IMG/VR virus record: IMGVR_UViG_2925891887_000001
Direction: 5' to 3' (one strand)
Source: a virus
Taxonomy: Duplodnaviria; Heunggongvirae; Uroviricota; Caudoviricetes
DNA length: 64,000 bases
The notes beneath the pieces were generated by a model. The model had not been told where the DNA came from, searched no databases, and saw nothing but the letters and a program-made list of their open reading frames with translations. This document shows, in pieces, positions 58,517 through 64,000 of this stretch. Positions within the stretch are counted from its first letter, which is position 1. Every line of letters begins with the position of its first letter. The position numbers and the translations under genes are program-made.

Positions 58517-59752
58517 ATGACGACTACTGCACTGCAAAATGAAAAAAATCCTTCTGATTACCTTGTTTGCAAGTGGTGCGGCAAATCATTTCACTATTTT
58601 AAGTCCCATGTAGCCAATGGTAATTGCGAGGGCATTCCTGAGTCAGTAAAAGATGCCGATCCTGACACCGTACTGAAAATGTACACAACGCAGTTTCCAG
58701 ATGAACCAACGCTATCGAAAAAGGCACTTGATGCAATTCAAGCTAAACGTGCCGAGCAAAAAAGCGAAATGGCCAAATCTTCTGGCTTGACCAGTAGCCC
58801 TGGCTACACAGGCACAGTTGAGTACAAGACAGATCTGGTCGCAGCTCACGAACTGCTAAACGTAACAGTGGAAGAACTCGGAACAAAACGTGGGACGCCG
58901 CTCATGGTTAGCGTCAACGTCAATACGCCGTATCCAGAGTTCGTTCCCGAAGTGAAGAAAGGCTACGTATATGGCGACTTCGAACTGATCAAAGATATTT
59001 TCATGATGCTTGAACTTGGCATACCTGGCTATTTGTGGGGTCATGCAGGAACAGGCAAATCGTCATTGCCTACACAGCTATGTGCTTTGCTCAATCGTCC
59101 GTTGATCCGTGCCCAACATACAGCATCAATGGAAGAGGCACATGTTACGGGGCAAATTCTGGCGCGTGATGGCTCTACGTATTTCGAACCTGGCTTGCTT
59201 GCGCTCGCAATGAAGCATGGCTGGGTTTACCTCGCGGATGAATACGACTTTGCGTTTCCACAAATTCTTGGCGTGTATCAGCCAGTGCTGGAAGGTGAAG
59301 CGTTGGTCATCAAAGAGGCAACTCCAGAATGGCGTCGCATTACTCCGCATGAACGGTTTGCTTTCATTGGCACTGGCAACACGAACGGATCTGGTGATGA
59401 AACCGGCTTGTACCAGGGTACAAACATCCAGAACGCCGCGAACTTTTCGCGTTTTGGCATCGTTTCGAATGTGAAATACATGAGCAAAGACGCAGAGATC
59501 AACATGTTGACAAATGCAGGCATCGTGGATGAATACGCTGAAAAGATGGTTAAGTTTGCCGGTATCGTTCGCGATGGATACGAAGAACACCTCATTAGTC
59601 AGCCAATTGGCCCTCGTGAACTTTTGTTGTCGGCCAAGATTGGAATGATGCGAGGCGACTTTGTGACAGGTATTGAGCGTTCTTTCATTAACAAACTCCC
59701 TTCAGCTTCTGCACAAGCGGCTCGTGAAGTTGTTCAAAAAATATTTGGTTAA
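58517..59752 (+). CDS. AAA+ ATPase (CobS/MoxR-like)
   Basis: Walker A GHAGTGKSS, Walker B VYLADEYDF; 411 aa; paired with downstream-facing VWA protein. Confidence 0.7.
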   Translation: MTTTALQNEKNPSDYLVCKWCGKSFHYFKSHVANGNCEGIPESVKDADPDTVLKMYTTQFPDEPTLSKKALDAIQAKRAEQKSEMAKSSGLTSSPGYTGTVEYKTDLVAAHELLNVTVEELGTKRGTPLMVSVNVNTPYPEFVPEVKKGYVYGDFELIKDIFMMLELGIPGYLWGHAGTGKSSLPTQLCALLNRPLIRAQHTASMEEAHVTGQILARDGSTYFEPGLLALAMKHGWVYLADEYDFAFPQILGVYQPVLEGEALVIKEATPEWRRITPHERFAFIGTGNTNGSGDETGLYQGTNIQNAANFSRFGIVSNVKYMSKDAEINMLTNAGIVDEYAEKMVKFAGIVRDGYEEHLISQPIGPRELLLSAKIGMMRGDFVTGIERSFINKLPSASAQAAREVVQKIFG

Positions 59753-59754
59753 TC

Positions 59755-59958
59755 GTGCGTAAAGGATGTTTCGGCTCTCTTATCGCTGCTTCTGAAACTG
59801 GTAAGGCTTGTCTGGTGTGTCCAGACAAGCCCGATTGTCACCAATCAGCAAAAGAAGTTGCGATTTCGATGCATGGGAAGTTCGTAGGCTTCCCCAATGA
59901 CAAAATCAAAAAAACCAGAAAGGTAAAAACACATGAAGGCACTGATGGTTCGAACTGA
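59755..59958 (+). CDS. Hypothetical small Cys-rich protein
   Basis: 67-aa ORF (GTG start) between CobS-like and polymerase genes; weak support. Confidence 0.25.
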   Translation: MRKGCFGSLIAASETGKACLVCPDKPDCHQSAKEVAISMHGKFVGFPNDKIKKTRKVKTHEGTDGSN

Positions 59959-62296
59959 CTTCTCACTTGGGGAGTCGGCTCTAAAAGCAGAAAACGCGGT
60001 GAAGATTGCCAGAGAAGCTGGCTACACCGCTGTAATTTCAGCAGATAGCATGAATATTGCGAGCGTTATTCCACTACAACGTGCCGCTGGTGACGACATG
60101 GCGGTTATTTGTGGTGTGAAACTAAACATTGTTGATGATCCCACATACGAGCACCGGGCTAAACTTGCTAAAGAATCTATGAGATGTATGGAATCATTAG
60201 AGCGAGGACGTAACTACTCGTTTACCGCTCTAATTAAAAATGAGAAAGGATATCGCGACATCTGCGAACTAATGACGGCGGCCAACACACGAGAACAGTT
60301 CTACTTTGTACCGCGTCTCTCGCTCGAACAGTTGGTTTCTACATATGCCAAAGGCAACATCATCCTGCTTACTTCCGACATCGGTAGCGTGTTCCAACGC
60401 AACGATTTTGCAAAAATCATAAGCACACTGATTACAGCGGGTGGAAAAGACAACTTCTATAGTGTGGTTTATCCGCACCCTACCCCATTCTACGACCAGA
60501 TTAACGTCCGGGCGATGAAAGTCGCCAGCGCATTGAAAATAGAGCCAGTGGCGTTCTATCCCGCTTATTACGAATCGATCGACGATGCAGACATTAAAGA
60601 CATTGCGCACATGGTTACGAACAACATCAAAATCGACCAGCCGCATCGTCTGCGTATCCCCCACCAGCGAGATAACGCCGTCAATGGTCGCCGCCATCTC
60701 CTTGAGGCGCTTAAAGCCTTCTCCGTTCGCATGGATGTGCCGGTAACAGCTGCAATGGCCTCAACAACGCAGGATACCATTATCGATGCCTGCACATGGC
60801 GCTGGCATGAATTGCCGCCAGCACTGCCAAAGATGGCAGACGACGAGCCTGCAACGCTGATGAAACTGGCTGTTGCAGGGCTGCGTAAACGTCTTACCAC
60901 AAAAGAGTTTGGCTACACACCACCTGCTTCTGAGAACAGGGTTTATGTTGAGCGGCTAAAGTACGAAATGGACACGCTGACTCGCCTGGGATTCTGTGGT
61001 TACTTCCTGATGGTGCGCGATCTGATGAATCATAGTCGTGAAACTGGCATTCCCGTTGGGCCTGGTCGTGGTTCCTCTGCCGGTTCTCTGGTGGCGTGGT
61101 GCATAGGCATAACCAACGTCGACCCAATCCGTCACGGTCTTCTGTTTGAGCGTTTCATCAACCCTGAGCGTCTCGACTTGCCGGATGCGGACTTGGACTT
61201 CAGCCAGGCACGTCGCCATGAGGTGATCGAGTATCTGAATGAACGCTACGGCGAAGATTACGTTGCAGGCATTCCGAACTTCACCTACCTGGGCGCAGCC
61301 TCTGCACTACGTGATACCGCTCGTATTTATGGTGTGGAGTCCGCAGATATGGCGGTATCAAAAGAGCTGAAGAACGTCGAGGATGATAGCCTTCCATTGG
61401 AGGAGCTGCGCGAACAACTGGCAAGTCTCGACAAATACGCAACAAAATATCCTGATGCATTCAATGCAGCCTGCAAGTTACAAAGCCTTATGCGTGGCTT
61501 TGGTAGACATGCGGCAGGGATGATCGTAGCAGGTGTTCCTCTGACAGAACGTACACCGGTTGAACGCCGTGGTGACGCGCGTTGTATCGCATTTGACAAG
61601 CGTTACTGCGAGGCTATGGGCCTAATTAAGCTGGACGTGCTTGGCCTGGCAACTCTCGATTTGCTCGATAGTGCAAAACGCTACATAAAAGAGAACACAG
61701 GTGAAGATATCAATCTTGATGCCATTTCTCTTGAAGATCGCAAGGTGCTGGATGGTTTTGCTGCAGGGTATACACAGGGCGTATTCCAGCTTGAATCAGG
61801 CCCAATGCGCAAGCTGCTTAAAGATTTAGGTGGTGGAATTGAGCCAATGAGCTTTAAAACGGTCGTCGCTACAACTGCGCTCTTCCGACCTGGCCCGATT
61901 CAATCCGGCATGTTGGACGATTATGTGTCCGTGGCCAAAGGCTTCATGGCCCCACATTCCTTACACCCAATGCTGGACGACATCTCTCGCGACACAAACG
62001 GAGTTCTGATTTATCAGGAACAGATCATGGCTGCTACGCGAATCTTGGCGGGGTTCTCAATGGCGGAAGCAGACTCGGTCAGGAAAGCGATCGGGAAAAA
62101 AGATATGGAGAAAATGAAATCCATTGGCGGCGACTTCATTAAGCGAGCGGAGGAAGGCTGGGTGACAGTGTCACTGGATGATGGTTCTACGAGAAAAATC
62201 CATAAAGCAGCACGCCTACTTTGTGCTGATGGTGAGCGTCGCACTTATGCCGAAGCAATGGCAATAAATGCCGACATAACGAGCTTCGATATTTGA
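59933..62296 (+). CDS. dnaE: DNA polymerase III alpha (DnaE-type), N-terminal segment ending at interruption
   Basis: Degenerate PHP-like N-terminus, palm motifs GPGRGSSAGSLVAWCIGIT and PDADLDF, FRPGP fingers motif; about 43 codons before the stop stop resembling DnaE. Confidence 0.85.
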   Translation: MKALMVRTDFSLGESALKAENAVKIAREAGYTAVISADSMNIASVIPLQRAAGDDMAVICGVKLNIVDDPTYEHRAKLAKESMRCMESLERGRNYSFTALIKNEKGYRDICELMTAANTREQFYFVPRLSLEQLVSTYAKGNIILLTSDIGSVFQRNDFAKIISTLITAGGKDNFYSVVYPHPTPFYDQINVRAMKVASALKIEPVAFYPAYYESIDDADIKDIAHMVTNNIKIDQPHRLRIPHQRDNAVNGRRHLLEALKAFSVRMDVPVTAAMASTTQDTIIDACTWRWHELPPALPKMADDEPATLMKLAVAGLRKRLTTKEFGYTPPASENRVYVERLKYEMDTLTRLGFCGYFLMVRDLMNHSRETGIPVGPGRGSSAGSLVAWCIGITNVDPIRHGLLFERFINPERLDLPDADLDFSQARRHEVIEYLNERYGEDYVAGIPNFTYLGAASALRDTARIYGVESADMAVSKELKNVEDDSLPLEELREQLASLDKYATKYPDAFNAACKLQSLMRGFGRHAAGMIVAGVPLTERTPVERRGDARCIAFDKRYCEAMGLIKLDVLGLATLDLLDSAKRYIKENTGEDINLDAISLEDRKVLDGFAAGYTQGVFQLESGPMRKLLKDLGGGIEPMSFKTVVATTALFRPGPIQSGMLDDYVSVAKGFMAPHSLHPMLDDISRDTNGVLIYQEQIMAATRILAGFSMAEADSVRKAIGKKDMEKMKSIGGDFIKRAEEGWVTVSLDDGSTRKIHKAARLLCADGERRTYAEAMAINADITSFDI

Positions 62297-62344
62297 GAAT
62301 TAATTTATAAGATAAGAAAACAATTTGTTTAGTGAGTCTTAGAA

Positions 62345-63079
62345 ATGCCGAGTACGAAGTACAAAATCACAGAAGAATGGTTACGTCAGCGTTACATGGT
62401 TGACCTGATGAGAAAAGAAGACATTGCCGCCGAAGCTGGTTGCAGCAAGGCAAATATTGACCGCTTATTAGCCAAATGGGGGATCAGGCGCGGAAGCGCG
62501 CGGATCTCCGCTACCCCAGCCTGGAATCGTGGCAAAAACAAAAATAATGACGAACGTATGAAGCGTCTCTCCGAAGCCCGGACTGGCACTGGCAACCCTA
62601 TGTATGGGAAAACCTCGTGGAATGCCGGTCTGCGTGCTGATATCGATGAGCGAGTGGCCACCGTTTCGAAAAAGCTAACCGGCAGAACAATCCGCGCGGA
62701 GACGAAGGAAAAGCTGGCGGCTGCCAAACGCGGAAAGATCGGAGAAGAAGCGAACAACTACAAAGGTGGCATCATCGTAAAAACCAACGGCTACATGATG
62801 CAGCTGGTTGGTAACAATGGCGTTTCGCAATACGAATACGTTCATCGATTGATAGCGAAAGAACGTCTCGGTCGGGAGCTACGTGACGATGAACATGTCC
62901 ACCATATTAACCGCGATACGATAGATAACGCCCCTGGGAATCTTGTAGCACTTCCAGAAGACGCCCACATTCGCCTGCATAGTGAAATGCGTGAAGAGAT
63001 ATGGAGCTGGGAGCGCCAACGGAACTGGCTGGCCTCCAATGGGTATGAGTTCGTGAAGATTGATGAGGTGACTGCATGA
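62345..63079 (+). CDS. HNH homing endonuclease with NUMOD-like motifs
   Basis: HNH motif EHVHHINRDTIDNAPGNLVALPEDAHIRLH; NUMOD3-like repeats (GKTSWNAGL; TIRAETKEKLAAAKRG); sits inside the polymerase gene. Confidence 0.8.
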   Translation: MPSTKYKITEEWLRQRYMVDLMRKEDIAAEAGCSKANIDRLLAKWGIRRGSARISATPAWNRGKNKNNDERMKRLSEARTGTGNPMYGKTSWNAGLRADIDERVATVSKKLTGRTIRAETKEKLAAAKRGKIGEEANNYKGGIIVKTNGYMMQLVGNNGVSQYEYVHRLIAKERLGRELRDDEHVHHINRDTIDNAPGNLVALPEDAHIRLHSEMREEIWSWERQRNWLASNGYEFVKIDEVTA

Positions 63080-64000
63080 AAATTACCGGTGTTGTCGAAG
63101 AGAGCAATGGCCTGACGCACGAACGAGCCGAAGAAATCTGGAATATGTTTGAGAAATCCGGCGCGTATGCCTTCAACAAATCACACTCTGTTGCTTACTC
63201 CTTAATCAGTTATCAATCTATGTGGTTGAAAACTCATTATCCCGCAGAGTTTTTCGCTGCTGCTCTCACTATTCTTGGCGAAGATAAACACCAGGGGCTG
63301 GTTAAAGATGCGCTGACCTATGGCATTCGCGTATTGCCACCAGACGTTAACGTGTCATCTAACCGAATCGAGATCCGCACGCTTGAAGATGGCAGCCAGG
63401 TGCTGTATGCGCCCTTCTCTGCTGTGAAGGGGTGTTCTGAGAATGGCTGCCAAGCCATCATGAGAGCGCGAGAAAAAGTTGGCGGCAAATTCGAGTCACT
63501 GGCGCAATTCGAAGAAGCTGTCGAGAAACGTGCCTGTAATAGTCGAGTGCGCGAATCGCTGCAAAAAGTAGGGGCGTTTGCATCCATCGAGCCAGGCAGT
63601 CTGCCAGCAACTGATCCAGAGCGCCTACGCGACCAGGCTGAATTGATGGGAAACCTTGTCATAGACGCAGTTAAAGCCTCACGTCCGTTTGAGATGAACC
63701 CCAAACGTTCGGCTGAAATTAACGTACTCATGACGCGGATGGCGGCTGAAATGGGCTTAGGTGATGAACTAATCCGCCCCAGCATTGGTATTAAGCCGAA
63801 AATCATGATCATTCTGGACAATGCGAACGGCAATGATGCTCGAACCGGTTACTTTATGGAGAACGGATACGACGACTTTAAGGCCAAGCTATTGACGGCT
63901 GGAGATTTACGCATGGGCGATCTCTATGTCACAGGTGTTTGCAAGAAGGTTAAAGACAAAGAAAAAGACTACACCAAAGACGAGATCGGCCAGTTCACCG
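63076..64000 (+). CDS. dnaE: DNA polymerase III alpha (DnaE-type), C-terminal segment, partial (runs off window)
   Basis: ATG overlaps HNH stop (ATGA) with GAGGTG 6 nt upstream; frame open to window end; carries the conserved AYAFNKSHSVAYSLISYQSMWLKTHYPAEF block. Confidence 0.8.
   Translation, partial: MKITGVVEESNGLTHERAEEIWNMFEKSGAYAFNKSHSVAYSLISYQSMWLKTHYPAEFFAAALTILGEDKHQGLVKDALTYGIRVLPPDVNVSSNRIEIRTLEDGSQVLYAPFSAVKGCSENGCQAIMRAREKVGGKFESLAQFEEAVEKRACNSRVRESLQKVGAFASIEPGSLPATDPERLRDQAELMGNLVIDAVKASRPFEMNPKRSAEINVLMTRMAAEMGLGDELIRPSIGIKPKIMIILDNANGNDARTGYFMENGYDDFKAKLLTAGDLRMGDLYVTGVCKKVKDKEKDYTKDEIGQFT

Noticed and set aside
62150-63110. Intein within the DnaE-type polymerase
   Set aside because: Stop codons and a reading-frame change separate the polymerase segments, the endonuclease ORF has its own start, and no Cys/Ser/Thr plus His-Asn splice junction residues are present.

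Overview
This window reads as a large tailed-phage genome segment (siphovirus-type, lambda-like tail-tip module) with signs of a phage-plasmid lifestyle, by inference resembling SSU5/pHCM2-type elements of Enterobacteriaceae. All calls come from reading the sequence and ORF translations; no database search was run. Coordinates derived from the printed sequence rather than the ORF track may be off by 1-2 bp. Layout: (1) 1-7050, a minus-strand block (partial secreted protein, AT-rich ORF, SF2 helicase) then a plus-strand cluster of two ParB-like proteins, an ABC-type ATPase and a GNAT-like protein; (2) 7250-22261, packaging and morphogenesis (terminase small/large, portal, scaffold, major capsid, Ig-like decoration, connector proteins, major tail, G/T chaperone, tape measure); (3) 22304-35869, tail tip (M interrupted by a complete IS1, then L, K, I, J, a 1432-aa side tail fibre, a Cor-like lipoprotein); (4) 35951-37381, lysis cassette with overlapped Rz/Rz1 spanins; (5) 38933-50749, ParA/ParG-like partition pair, an AT-rich KAP-type NTPase, DnaB-like helicase, primase, a minus-strand Sel1-repeat protein, ATP-dependent ligase and small membrane proteins; (6) 50790-52360, a structured non-coding region with four tRNAs (Asn, Tyr, Thr, Ser); (7) 52374-56214, an AT-rich membrane protein, GrxA-like glutaredoxin, tyrosine recombinase and XRE regulator; (8) 56313-64000, CobT-like/CobS-like pair and a DnaE-type polymerase interrupted by an HNH endonuclease gene. 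The most notable signals are the IS1-disrupted tail gene, the interrupted polymerase, a dispersed palindromic intergenic motif family, an ~80-bp inverted-repeat pair 34.6 kb apart, and several low-GC cargo genes.
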